From Candidatus Micrarchaeota archaeon (GTDB lineage: Archaea > Micrarchaeota > Micrarchaeia > Micrarchaeales > Micrarchaeaceae), in the NCBI GenBank assembly GCA_021800135.1, contig JAJYZH010000001.1, positions 1 through 41,237 of the forward strand: a stretch of 41,237 bases of DNA, given 5' to 3'. Made by a program: the position numbers and the translations under genes. Of the stretch, positions 8,205 through 16,874 are shown in pieces (the stretch's first letter is position 1; each line of letters begins with the position of its first letter). The notes under the pieces were generated by a model. The model did no database searches, was not told the DNA's origin, and saw nothing but the letters and a program-made list of their open reading frames with translations.

Positions 8205-9077
8205 TCAGATGGCAAAGTAAACTACTGCTGAGAATAGGTATGTGACGAGGGCCAGAGCCATGGCGCCCAGGCTAAGATTCCTTGCGAGGCGCATTAGCCT
8301 CCTGCTTCCCGTGTTGAGCATTACCCTAACTGAGATATAAAGCAGCACGGCGTCCACGGCAAGTATAGGTATCAGGTATGCCAGGTTGTATGAGAAGGGG
8401 CGCTGGTAAAAGAACAGGAATAGGCTAAGCGCTATTGCGAGCACGTATAGCACGAATGCTGACAGCGCCGCGGCTTTCTTGCCCGTGTAAAATACCATGT
8501 TCCTTGAGTTCCTTGCCTTGATGTCGCCTTCATAATCGCGGATCATCCCGTGTATTTCGCGGGCCAGTCCGCTGAAGAATATTACCAGGCTTATCACCAC
8601 TATGCTGGCATTCAGAGACCCTGACACTACGAAGTCCCCGTATATGAATGGGATCACCATTGAGAACGCTATATATGCATTGCCCAGGAGCGCTATGTCT
8701 TTCATCCTATAGCTGTATAGGAAGGCCAGGACTCCAAATAGGACGGCTATGAGTAACGCTGCCTCGTTTATAATTACACTCGCAAGCACCCCTATCGCAA
8801 AGGAAGTTAACGATATGTAAAGGGCGCCGTTCCTGCTTATCGCCCCTGAAACTATGGGCCTGTCGAACCTTTTGTTAAGCGTATCAGATTTAACATCATA
8901 ATAATCGTTTATGGCGAACGAGGCCATGCTTATGAAGATAGGGGTTATAAGGCTTGCCGCCAGTATTGATGGGACAGGCAGGGACTTTGTTATTATCTCT
9001 GCTGCTATTACGGCAATCACAAGCATTGCGCTGTGCTCTATCCTTGTAAGCCTTAGCAATGCCCCGACTTTGTTCAT
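8205..9077 (-). CDS. UbiA-family prenyltransferase (digeranylgeranylglyceryl phosphate synthase-like)
   Basis: Aspartate-rich motifs NDYYDVKSD and RDYEGD sit in a protein with about 8 TM helices. The track ORF starts at GTG 9098; ATG 9077 (MNKVGALLRLTRIEHS) is preferred. Confidence 0.8.
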   Translation of the reverse strand: MNKVGALLRLTRIEHSAMLVIAVIAAEIITKSLPVPSILAASLITPIFISMASFAINDYYDVKSDTLNKRFDRPIVSGAISRNGALYISLTSFAIGVLASVIINEAALLIAVLFGVLAFLYSYRMKDIALLGNAYIAFSMVIPFIYGDFVVSGSLNASIVVISLVIFFSGLAREIHGMIRDYEGDIKARNSRNMVFYTGKKAAALSAFVLYVLAIALSLFLFFYQRPFSYNLAYLIPILAVDAVLLYISVRVMLNTGSRRLMRLARNLSLGAMALALVTYLFSAVVYFAI

Positions 9078-9170
9078 AAAAACAATAGGTATAGGCACAG
9101 AAATATTGATAAATGCATACAGACAATCCTCTACAGCGCTTTACGGGGTGTTAAGATTAAAAGCGGTCTA

Positions 9171-9953
9171 ATGTTTAAAGCCAAGCAGCAAAGTGCGCTG
9201 GAGTTGCTCACTACCTACTCGTGGGCATTCCTTATTATAGCGGTTTTTATAGCGGCAATTGCTATTTTGGCTGGCAGCAGGGCGCCGGCCTCCTACGTAC
9301 CTTCCACATGCAATATCAGTCCTGGATTCCCATGCGAGCAGGCCGTCTTAAGCGGATACAATAGCGTAGTAAAGACGAAATTCATGGTAACATTTACTAA
9401 CAATTTAGGTACGCCGATATACTTCCCGAGCAATTCCTTCAACGTGACATTAACCAACGTGGGGGATGCCGGGATAAATAGTTATAGCGGCAATTGTACG
9501 CCGCTGGTGGCTCTTAAAGGGGCGCAGGTATCATGCATTTCGCAGATACCTGGCACCGTTATGCCGTCTGCCGGTTCCCAAGCGTCGGCCTCGTTCGCCA
9601 TGGGTTATAGCATCTGCAAGAATATGCAACTTACCAGTTGCTCAGGAACGTATAGGACAACCGGATTCTCATTGCAGAGCGTTTCCCCTCCTGGAACCTC
9701 GCTTTATACGATAAGTTTTGTAACTAGTCCAAATACGGGAATAATCGTGATCAATGGGGCCAGCTATTCTTCTGGTACATCTGCAATTCTTGTGAGCGGG
9801 AAGTATACAGCGTATGCGTCCCCGCCCGCAGGTTACACATTCGGAAGCTGGTCAATAACCTCCACATCTTCGACACTGTCTTCAACAACATTGCAGAACG
9901 CCACTCTGACATTGTCTTCAAACGCCACCCTGCAGGCTAATTTCGTGACATGA
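9171..9953 (+). CDS. Archaeal type IV pilin-like protein (class III signal peptide) with Ser/Thr-rich beta domain
   Basis: The N-terminus MFKAKQQ|SALELLTTYSWAFLIIAVFIAAIAI matches the archaeal prepilin pattern: a short basic leader, Q-S-A-x-E, then a hydrophobic helix. A C-terminal repeat-like segment (PPAGYTFGSWS...ATLQANF) follows. Confidence 0.6.
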   Translation: MFKAKQQSALELLTTYSWAFLIIAVFIAAIAILAGSRAPASYVPSTCNISPGFPCEQAVLSGYNSVVKTKFMVTFTNNLGTPIYFPSNSFNVTLTNVGDAGINSYSGNCTPLVALKGAQVSCISQIPGTVMPSAGSQASASFAMGYSICKNMQLTSCSGTYRTTGFSLQSVSPPGTSLYTISFVTSPNTGIIVINGASYSSGTSAILVSGKYTAYASPPAGYTFGSWSITSTSSTLSSTTLQNATLTLSSNATLQANFVT

Positions 9954-10063
9954 CAGGAATTGCAAGATATTCCCGTTAAAGTTTAGTAGAAACCGCCTTA
10001 TTGTGGCATGAAGAGTCAACATAGAGTAAGGCAGGGTGCGTCAACAGCTTGCTTCACAAAAGG

Positions 10064-10178
10064 CGGGTCTGACGGGATTTTCCAAACTCCTTGATTAACT
10101 TTCTTACAGGGGGTTTATTTGAACCCGCAACCATCTGGTCCGAAGCCAGACGCGCTATCCAAGTTGCGCCACAGACCC
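10064..10178 (-). tRNA. tRNA-Arg (anticodon UCG) with a 40-nt intron in the T-loop
   Basis: Hand fold on the minus strand: acceptor GGGUCUG/CAGACCC, discriminator G, D-arm GCGC-AACUUGGAUA-GCGC, anticodon arm UCUGG-CUUCGGA-CCAGA, variable UGGUU. T-stem halves GCGGG and CCCGU are separated by 47 nt instead of 7. Confidence 0.8.
10078..10117 (-). other. Non-canonical tRNA intron (T-loop, about position 59/60) of tRNA-Arg
   Basis: Removing 40 nt (UAAACCCCCUGUAAGAAAGUUAAUCAAGGAGUUUGGAAAA) restores the T-loop UUCAAAU. The intron's AAACCCC and GGAGUUU segments can pair. The junction is ambiguous by about 1 nt. Confidence 0.65.
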
Positions 10179-10228
10179 GATTATAATATGATAAAAAGAT
10201 AGAAATAGGCTTGTTTGGATCGAGTACC

Positions 10229-10972
10229 TTACTGTACGGCCCGTGGCTTAGGGCCTTTGAAATAATCAAAACTTGTCAGTCTCGTCTGCCTTATCCTCTG
10301 CATCGTCTTCCAGTACTCCCGCGTGTTCTTCATTAACGCCTTGTTGTTCATGTTCTTTGCAATTATGCTGATGGTCTTCTCGTCTGAAGGGTAGCCGGAT
10401 CCTAACCTCATTCTGAGCGCTTTTTCAAGCTTCCTTATCTCCGCATCCCTTGTGACTTTCGCTATTATGCTGGCTGCCGAGACTATAGGGTACCTTACGT
10501 CTGCTTTATGTTCCGCGATTATCTTTGTATAGTATCCGGGGGCCTGTGTCTTGGGCGACTTTATGCCCATCACCTTTGTGGGCTTTTTTGTCTGGGTATT
10601 TACCCTTATTGCAAATTTCTCCGCTATCACGTCCGGTGAGTCGAGATATAGGTATCTTGCTTCGCTTGCCACCCCGTCAAACAGCCTGGAGAAGTGCATC
10701 GCCTCGAGCTCGTTTAGAGATATTCTGTTCCTCATGGCGCCATTTATCTCCTCAGGGGTTATGATGCTGACCTTTGACTCTACGGCAAGCTTGCCTATCT
10801 CCCCGTACAGCACCTCCCTCCTCTTCCTGGTGAGCATCTTCGAGTCCCTTACCCCTATCTCGGAGAGCTTCTTCTCAGCGCCTTTCTTGAAAACTACAAG
10901 CGCAACGACAAGCGGGCCTATTACTGCGCCCCTTCCCGCTTCGTCTCCGCCACATACGAAAATGCATATCAC
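10229..10972 (-). CDS. rnhB: Ribonuclease HII
   Basis: GGDEAGRGAVIGPLVVA catalytic motif lies near the N-terminus, and SASIIAKVTRD is present. GTG start. Confidence 0.85.
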   Translation of the reverse strand: MICIFVCGGDEAGRGAVIGPLVVALVVFKKGAEKKLSEIGVRDSKMLTRKRREVLYGEIGKLAVESKVSIITPEEINGAMRNRISLNELEAMHFSRLFDGVASEARYLYLDSPDVIAEKFAIRVNTQTKKPTKVMGIKSPKTQAPGYYTKIIAEHKADVRYPIVSAASIIAKVTRDAEIRKLEKALRMRLGSGYPSDEKTISIIAKNMNNKALMKNTREYWKTMQRIRQTRLTSFDYFKGPKPRAVQ

Positions 10973-11014
10973 CCGGGAACTGAAAAGAAAAGGAAAAGAA
11001 ATTCAATAATAAAA

Positions 11015-11269
11015 TTATGCGACGTTCTTCCTGTCTACGACTATATAATCGTTCACCGCAAGCACGGCCGCATAGGGTATCTTTACCTGCCCGCCCTCTG
11101 CTTTTAGTCTGCTGGCGAAGCCGCTGTCCATATTTGGCTCGACAAGTATGCTGTTGATCTTGCCGGTCACTTCGCTTATTTCAGCATCAACAAATCTTCC
11201 CACATCGTACCCGTCGCTTGTTATTACTTTTCTTCCAACAAGCTGCTTGGCTATAATATATTTCACCAT
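11015..11269 (-). CDS. PRC-barrel domain protein
   Basis: 84 aa with LVGRKVITSDGYDVGRFVDAEI...G.I pattern typical of small archaeal PRC-barrel proteins. Confidence 0.65.
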   Translation of the reverse strand: MVKYIIAKQLVGRKVITSDGYDVGRFVDAEISEVTGKINSILVEPNMDSGFASRLKAEGGQVKIPYAAVLAVNDYIVVDRKNVA

Positions 11270-11343
11270 GCAAACACCATTTCGCCTGATTTATATGTTA
11301 CGTCATTATTTATTAATCTTATGCTAACAGGATATATGCGGAA

Positions 11344-11937
11344 CTATGCCTTCTCATTGAGAAAAATCTTGTTTGTTATGCCGAACCGGCTCCTTTTTAT
11401 CACGTCTATGCTTTCCAGTTTTTTAAGGATGCGGTGCATTTTCACCTTGGAATAGCCGCTCTTTGCCACTAGATCCGATTGTAGTATACCGTTCTCCTTC
11501 CTGACTGCGTCAAGGATGTTCCGCTCATCCTCGTTCAGGAGCCTGAGGAGCAGGTTTTCGTTTTTCATTTTTATGTGCTGCCTTACCCTGCGCACCCTAT
11601 CGTGATCTTCCGTAAGCCTGCGGTATTTAAGCATTGTGAGCCCGGCAATAAGGAGAAGCAGCCCGCCTATGAAGGGTATCAGGAAGTTGAAGAATACATT
11701 TAGCACATTTACCCTCACGTCAGTAAACGTATGCAGCGGCAATACTCCTCTGACAAAGGCCACAACCATGTCGGTGCCCTTTATCGCGGATATGAGGAGC
11801 AGGAAGGCGCCGACTATCAGCAGCAATATACTGAACTGCTCTATCCTGTCCTTGCTTACAGTTAAGTCCATATTTCTGCCTCTTGAAACTGTTTCAGAAT
11901 TCTTATCATATTTGAAAGGCAAACTATTTATACACAT
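11344..11937 (-). CDS. Membrane-associated winged-helix transcription regulator (two N-terminal TM helices plus C-terminal MarR-like wHTH)
   Basis: Two hydrophobic helices are followed by ERNILDAVRKENGILQSDLVAKSGYSKVKMHRILKKLESIDVIKR. An alternative ATG at 11871 (MDLTVSK...) would remove an uninformative 22-aa N-terminus. Confidence 0.6.
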   Translation of the reverse strand: MCINSLPFKYDKNSETVSRGRNMDLTVSKDRIEQFSILLLIVGAFLLLISAIKGTDMVVAFVRGVLPLHTFTDVRVNVLNVFFNFLIPFIGGLLLLIAGLTMLKYRRLTEDHDRVRRVRQHIKMKNENLLLRLLNEDERNILDAVRKENGILQSDLVAKSGYSKVKMHRILKKLESIDVIKRSRFGITNKIFLNEKA

Positions 11938-11966
11938 AGAGGGAAATTCAGTTGCAGGGTAGTTTA

Positions 11967-12287
11967 ATGGTTGTGCCGCTCATACTTTTCAAAGATAAGC
12001 AGCTCAGGATAATGCTTGCGCTTAGGGACTCGTCTAAGGATTGGAATGTCTCTAGCCTGGCAAAGGTTACAGGTACTACTTATGCGCATTCGTGCAATTT
12101 CATATCGGCATGCGAGAAGGCAGGGCTCACTACTGGGGAGAGGCATGGTAAAATAAAGTCAGTACGGTTAAGCGACAAGGGGAGAAAGGTTGCCGACTCG
12201 CTGTATGAAGCGTACGGTATGATAACACAGCAGGACCAGCAGATACCGCAGAAAGCAGCGCAGCCCGCCGCTCAGGCCGCGCAATAG
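11967..12287 (+). CDS. Small winged-helix DNA-binding protein with Gln/Ala-rich tail
   Basis: LRIMLALRDSSKDWNVSSLAKVTGTTYAHSCNFISACEKAGL...VRLSDKGRKVA resembles an ArsR/MarR-like wHTH. The track ORF begins at TTG 11952. ATG 11967 lies about 30 nt after a TATA-like CTATTTATAC. Confidence 0.55.
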   Translation: MVVPLILFKDKQLRIMLALRDSSKDWNVSSLAKVTGTTYAHSCNFISACEKAGLTTGERHGKIKSVRLSDKGRKVADSLYEAYGMITQQDQQIPQKAAQPAAQAAQ

Positions 12288-12297
12288 TCCTGCACCC

Positions 12298-13626
12298 TCA
12301 GATTCTTATTATTGGGTATACGTTGTTAAGTCCAATGCTCTTGAGCAGGGCTTCTGGATCGTCATAGTACATTTTCACTGCCTCGTTTATCTCCTTTATG
12401 CTTCTCTTGCCTGCGTTGTTGAGTTTTTCGAGTATCATGGCCCTTACCCTTTCCTCGGCAAGTATGTCCGGGGGAGGAACGCCGATGAGCTGAGATAGCG
12501 TATCCCTGTATGTGACGCTAGGCAGTATGGGAGATGCTTTATAGGTCTTATAATCGAACCGGTACAAGTCGGAGAGCAGTACCTGCGTTTCTATCCCAGA
12601 TATCTCAGACATCTGGACGATTTTCCTTGTAGGTACGCCATTCCTGTAAACTTGCGAAAGGACGATCAGGGCGTCTATTACCTGCAGTATGTCCTTCGGC
12701 ACATTCATTGGTGAATGCTGGAGCCTGTTTATTATATCTCTGGCCGATGAGGCGTGTATAGTACCCATCACTATTTTCCCTATGTTCATCGCCGTTATCA
12801 TGTCGTTTGCCTCCTCGCCTCTCACCTCACCTATGATTATCATGTCCGGCCTCATCCTCAAGGTGTTTTTTACCAAGGTCTCGAGGGGCATGTCCTCGCT
12901 GGTCTCAAGATTTACGCAGTTCTCCTGCGTGCTCGTGTCGAGTTCGTATGTTTCTTCTATAGTAACTATCCTCTGCTCTGGCCTGAAGAACGAAAATAGC
13001 GAGTTTAGGAGCGTCGTCTTTCCAGCTGCAGGCATTCCGCCTATGAGTATGTTTGCCGGCCTTACCTTAAATCCATCCATATAGAGCCATAACCTTGCCG
13101 CTATACTGTAGTCTAAAGTGCCTTTGTTGATGAGGTCTATCACACTGTATGGTGCTTTTCTGAAGTTTCTTATAGTGATGTCGTAACCGTAAGGCGATGA
13201 GATTATGTTGGCCCTGCTTTTTGTTGGCAGATGCACATCAAGTATGTTTCCATTTGCCGTAGAGTTTGTTGCGTAAAGCTTCATCTTGCTTACAAGCCTG
13301 TTCAGATTCCCTGTATCATCAATCCTTTCATTCGAATTTGTCTGCCCTTTATTCGAATCGTAAACAAAGATGTTTCTGGTGCTGTTCACCATTATATCCT
13401 CTATGCTCTCGTTGTCGAGCAGCTCGGTAAGGGGCGAAAGGTTATCGATATCCTCTGTTATCGCACCTATCTCCTCTTGGCTGGTGGAGGGCGCTATTGT
13501 CTTGGCCACTTCGGATACAAGCTGCCTCTTCTTTTCAGGATCAGATATATTTACGAACTTACCTTCAAGCCTTTTCAGCACTTCTTCCTCGAGCTCCAGG
13601 TTTACGGCTACGTCATTTGCTGCCAT
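12298..13626 (-). CDS. Type II/IV secretion-family ATPase (archaeal type IV pilus / FlaI-PilB-VirB11-like)
   Basis: Walker A GGMPAAGKTTLLNS, Asp box/Walker B RPDMIIIGEVRGEEA, His box MGTIHASSA; 442 aa. Confidence 0.85.
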   Translation of the reverse strand: MAANDVAVNLELEEEVLKRLEGKFVNISDPEKKRQLVSEVAKTIAPSTSQEEIGAITEDIDNLSPLTELLDNESIEDIMVNSTRNIFVYDSNKGQTNSNERIDDTGNLNRLVSKMKLYATNSTANGNILDVHLPTKSRANIISSPYGYDITIRNFRKAPYSVIDLINKGTLDYSIAARLWLYMDGFKVRPANILIGGMPAAGKTTLLNSLFSFFRPEQRIVTIEETYELDTSTQENCVNLETSEDMPLETLVKNTLRMRPDMIIIGEVRGEEANDMITAMNIGKIVMGTIHASSARDIINRLQHSPMNVPKDILQVIDALIVLSQVYRNGVPTRKIVQMSEISGIETQVLLSDLYRFDYKTYKASPILPSVTYRDTLSQLIGVPPPDILAEERVRAMILEKLNNAGKRSIKEINEAVKMYYDDPEALLKSIGLNNVYPIIRI

Positions 13627-13702
13627 TTTATCAGCGTCATGCTATTGTTGAATAGCGGTATAGAATAAGAAGTGAACTAATAAAAAACAGCACGTAGTGA
13701 GA

Positions 13703-14854
13703 TCAGGAAGCCGGAAGGATGCTGTCCACCAACAGGTTGGGGTCGAATCTCACAAGCGCGTCGTACTTCTCGCCTGTGCCGAAGAACAGTATTGGTATGC
13801 CTGTAGAGCGGGCTATCGAAATCGCATTGCCCCCCTTTGCATCGCAGTCGAGCTTAGTGAGTATTATACCATTTATCTTTACTGCGTTTGATAGCTCTCT
13901 TATTTGACTTGGTAGCGCATTTCCCGCGGTGCTTTCCCCTACAAATATCGTTAGGTCTGGCTTCGCGACCCTTGCAAGCTTCTGTATCTCCATCACGAGA
14001 TTCCTGTTTGTCTCCTGCCTGCCTGCACTGTCTATCAGCACCACTTCTATCCTGTGCGACTTTGCATGCGCTATTGCGTCGAAAGCCACGCTTGCCGGAT
14101 CTGCCCCGTAGGAGCTCTTTATTACAGGAACACCTACTTTCTTGGCGTGATACTCTGTCTGCTCTATTGCCGCGGCCCTGAACGTATCGCTTGCGGATAT
14201 CACGCAGCTGACGCCGCTGTCCTTTAGCATATATGCGATCTTCGCGATTGTAGTTGTCTTCCCGGTCCCGTTAGGACCCAGAAAGAGTATTTTTACCGGG
14301 ATTGCATTTCCTGCAACCCGTTCGGCGATGAAAGCTTTCACGTCAATACCATTCGCACTCTTTGACAATACGTCTATCATCGCCTCTCTGACCCTGCCGA
14401 GGAATTCCTTCTCGGCCAGAGATGGTGATACTTTCATATTTCTAAGATTTGAATGGAGATCCTCAGATATCTCTTCAGCAACATCGTAGGATACGTCCGA
14501 CTCTATGAGGGATATTTTAACCTTGTCTACGAACCCCGATATCTCGCTTTCGTTGAGCGAAACATTCCCAAGGACCGCACCCTTTATTTTAGAGGCGAGG
14601 GAAACGTCAAGTACTTTACTTGGTTTTTTTGGTGTCTCCGGGGCCTTTTGTGCTTCTGCTTCGCGAGAAGGATGCTCTTTCGTTTCGGTTACTTGCGTTA
14701 TTGCTTTTCCTTCATCGCTTGGCTTCCCTATTTCGTAATTGGGCTCAATCGGCTTCCCTATGTTTTCCTCAGCTTTTATCTCGGCTTTGACCTCTTCTTT
14801 TTTCGACAACCCCTTGATTGCGTTGGATATCTTCTTCCTGAGTTCGTCAAACAT
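13703..14854 (-). CDS. ftsY: Signal recognition particle receptor FtsY
   Basis: A charged N-terminal A-domain is followed by an NG domain with GPNGTGKTTT, DSAGR and TKLD motifs. Confidence 0.9.
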   Translation of the reverse strand: MFDELRKKISNAIKGLSKKEEVKAEIKAEENIGKPIEPNYEIGKPSDEGKAITQVTETKEHPSREAEAQKAPETPKKPSKVLDVSLASKIKGAVLGNVSLNESEISGFVDKVKISLIESDVSYDVAEEISEDLHSNLRNMKVSPSLAEKEFLGRVREAMIDVLSKSANGIDVKAFIAERVAGNAIPVKILFLGPNGTGKTTTIAKIAYMLKDSGVSCVISASDTFRAAAIEQTEYHAKKVGVPVIKSSYGADPASVAFDAIAHAKSHRIEVVLIDSAGRQETNRNLVMEIQKLARVAKPDLTIFVGESTAGNALPSQIRELSNAVKINGIILTKLDCDAKGGNAISIARSTGIPILFFGTGEKYDALVRFDPNLLVDSILPAS

Positions 14855-14859
14855 TGGAG

Positions 14860-15273
14860 CTACACCCCTGAAAGAGCATAGGAGAGTTCCATCAGTATAC
14901 TTTCCACGCTGTCCTTCTCCCTTGACAGCGTATTGAGCTGCTTGTTCTTTTCCTCCATCACAGAATCAAGGAACTTCTCGGCTTCGGCCGTGGTCTTCTC
15001 TATTGCATACCCGCCGCCCACGCTTACCAGCACCTTATCCGTATTTTCTGCGATGGTGCTTATCTGCATTATGCTGCTAATAGGGGTAAGCAGCTTTCTG
15101 CCTTTTACCGAGTCAAACTCTATCAGCGTCTTCTTGCTGTTGTTGAGCGATTCCATCGTACTTACAAGATTCCTTATTTCCTCTGTCAGCACCGTATACC
15201 TTTCGCCGTAAGCTTGGCTAAGATATCTTAGCTCTTCCTCGCTGTGTTGATGCGTACCTTCATCTTCTGCCAT
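14860..15273 (-). CDS. pfdA: Prefoldin subunit alpha
   Basis: 137 aa with a coiled-coil / beta-hairpin / coiled-coil layout, in the conserved position between aIF6 and ftsY. Confidence 0.75.
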   Translation of the reverse strand: MAEDEGTHQHSEEELRYLSQAYGERYTVLTEEIRNLVSTMESLNNSKKTLIEFDSVKGRKLLTPISSIMQISTIAENTDKVLVSVGGGYAIEKTTAEAEKFLDSVMEEKNKQLNTLSREKDSVESILMELSYALSGV

Positions 15274-15330
15274 CCTACAACACCAGATACAATTAGTAGC
15301 GTCTATATTTATTGGTTTGCGAGGGGTAAA

Positions 15331-16005
15331 TCATACCTCTATGTCAAGCCCTTCTGTAAGTCTCTGCATTTCAAACCCCGTCGTGCTTTTACCTGCAACT
15401 ATGCCTTTGGAATTGGCTATTGCTGACAGCCCCACATAGATAGAGCCGGAATTTGCGGTTGTCCTTACCGAAACGGATTTTGAGATGCGCTCCATTTCTG
15501 CCTTTTCCGTATCGCTGCTCCTGTTGTTTATTACCATGCCTCGGTTGGTGAATATGTTGCTGGCTCCGATTGTTTTAAAGAGAGGAAGTTGCGATTTCAC
15601 CACCTCGACTCCGAGTATGTCGCCGATCTGCGCCATCACGCTCGAGTCATAGTCCGGATTCACCACGGCTATCTTGTCGTTCGCTATGATGTTATTGCCG
15701 ACAGTATTGAGACCGCTGTCTATTATCCCTATGTTTATGCCAAGCTTCAGGCTCTCCAATCTCTCTATTTCTCCAGTTTCTACCAGATTGGACAGTATTA
15801 TGCCGTTAGAATTTGCGCGCGCGAACAGTCCAACCAAATCGGAGCTCGATACCGAAAGGTCGACCGATTCTACACCCAAAGCGTCTGAAATGCGCTGCTT
15901 GTCTTTTTCCTCAATTCCGCTGCCCAGGAAAACATATCTGTCGCTTGCTGTAGCAAATACCCCAACGTAGTCGCTATTCTTAATGCGGTAAAGTATTGTT
16001 GACAT
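15331..16005 (-). CDS. eif6: Translation initiation factor 6 (aIF6)
   Basis: 224 aa with a pentameric repeat pattern (VGVFATASDRY.., NSNGIILS.., VGNNIIANDK.., GASNIFTN.., VGLSAIANSKG..). It overlaps the rpl31e 3' end by 26 nt. Confidence 0.85.
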   Translation of the reverse strand: MSTILYRIKNSDYVGVFATASDRYVFLGSGIEEKDKQRISDALGVESVDLSVSSSDLVGLFARANSNGIILSNLVETGEIERLESLKLGINIGIIDSGLNTVGNNIIANDKIAVVNPDYDSSVMAQIGDILGVEVVKSQLPLFKTIGASNIFTNRGMVINNRSSDTEKAEMERISKSVSVRTTANSGSIYVGLSAIANSKGIVAGKSTTGFEMQRLTEGLDIEV

Positions 16006-16381
16006 CCTTCTTCACGTCTTTCCCGGTCTGGGTCTTCGGCTTGACTTCGGCCTTCTCCTTTGACGCCAGTCTGTTGTAGATCTTCTGGAACTCCTTCCCC
16101 TTCCGGTTAACGGGTTTTGTCTCTTTGGCTTCCTTGAACTGGCTGGCAGTCGCCTTTCCGCCATCAAGCTTTATGCTTAGCTTCAGCGGGAGCATGCTTT
16201 TTGAATATCGTTTTACGATCGCGTTGTTCAACTCCTGCGTTATGACTACGTTCTCTGGCTGCGTCTTTGTGTAGTGTGCGATCCTTTCCCTGACATATCC
16301 TGCCGCTCTCCTTAGCCTCTTGTTCCTGCCCTGCCTAATGAGGTACTTTCTCATGTTTATTGTAAGAAGTATTTCTGCCAT
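15980..16381 (-). CDS. rpl31e: 50S ribosomal protein L31e with Lys-rich C-terminal extension
   Basis: LTINMRKYL...RLRRAAGYVRERIAHYTK...V.I...LNNAIVKR core, followed by a basic tail of about 45 aa. Confidence 0.8.
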   Translation of the reverse strand: MAEILLTINMRKYLIRQGRNKRLRRAAGYVRERIAHYTKTQPENVVITQELNNAIVKRYSKSMLPLKLSIKLDGGKATASQFKEAKETKPVNRKGKEFQKIYNRLASKEKAEVKPKTQTGKDVKKDVNNTLPH

Positions 16382-16391
16382 GGTTACACCT

Positions 16392-16550
16392 TCATTCCTT
16401 TATCTTTAGCTTCCTGCTCCTCCAGTTCCTTGTGAAATTGTTGCTCTGGAGCCTCCTGTGGGTCCTTACCATTGCCAGTGGAGGCAGCCTTCTGTTGCGT
16501 TTCGACATCTTTGCCAGCCTCCTCTTTTTCAGCATCGTCTTCTTTGACAT
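16392..16550 (-). CDS. rpl39e: 50S ribosomal protein L39e (not in ORF track, below length cutoff)
   Basis: My translation of the minus strand gives MSKKTMLKKRRLAKMSKRNRRLPPLAMVRTHRRLQSNNFTRNWRSRKLKIKE (52 aa), the typical L39e pattern. It fits the 9-10 nt gaps between the PDCD5-like gene and rpl31e. Confidence 0.85.
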   Translation of the reverse strand: MSKKTMLKKRRLAKMSKRNRRLPPLAMVRTHRRLQSNNFTRNWRSRKLKIKE

Positions 16551-16559
16551 GGAATCATT

Positions 16560-16868
16560 CTATTTATGCTTAAATGTTATTTTTGGTTCCGGCCTGTATG
16601 TGATTTTCCTCAGCAGCTGCAGAAACTGCGCCTCTGGTATCTTGCCGCTTATCCTGTTGCTCTGCACTATCTGTATCACGAGGGCAGCAAGCTGCAGGTA
16701 CATTTCCCCATTAGAAGCCTTTATGTTCATCATCCGCTCGTAAGAGGCATCGTCAAGGTATCTCCTTAGGATGGTTTTCCTCTGCTGCTCCTCTTCTGCG
16801 GCCTTCATTGCTTTTGCCCATGCTTTCCTGAGTTCTGCATCCTGGTTCTGCGGCTTCTCCTCTGCCAT
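16560..16868 (-). CDS. PDCD5/TFAR19-like double-stranded DNA-binding protein
   Basis: 102 aa with ...QQRKTILRRYLDDASYERMMNIKASN...QLAALVIQIVQSNRISGKI.EAQFLQLLRKI, in the conserved position between rps19e and rpl39e. Confidence 0.75.
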   Translation of the reverse strand: MAEEKPQNQDAELRKAWAKAMKAAEEEQQRKTILRRYLDDASYERMMNIKASNGEMYLQLAALVIQIVQSNRISGKIPEAQFLQLLRKITYRPEPKITFKHK

Positions 16869-16874
16869 CGCTCT

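Noticed and set aside
10054-10269. 71-aa ORF in the track
   Set aside because: It lies directly over the intron-containing tRNA-Arg gene and its promoter region. The tRNA fold explains the sequence.
16432-16743. 103-aa plus-strand ORF, and likewise 25908..26156 (82 aa, minus strand)
   Set aside because: The first is antisense to rpl39e and the PDCD5-like gene. The second is out of frame across rpl24e and rps28e. The short r-protein genes fit the conserved operon order and give textbook translations.
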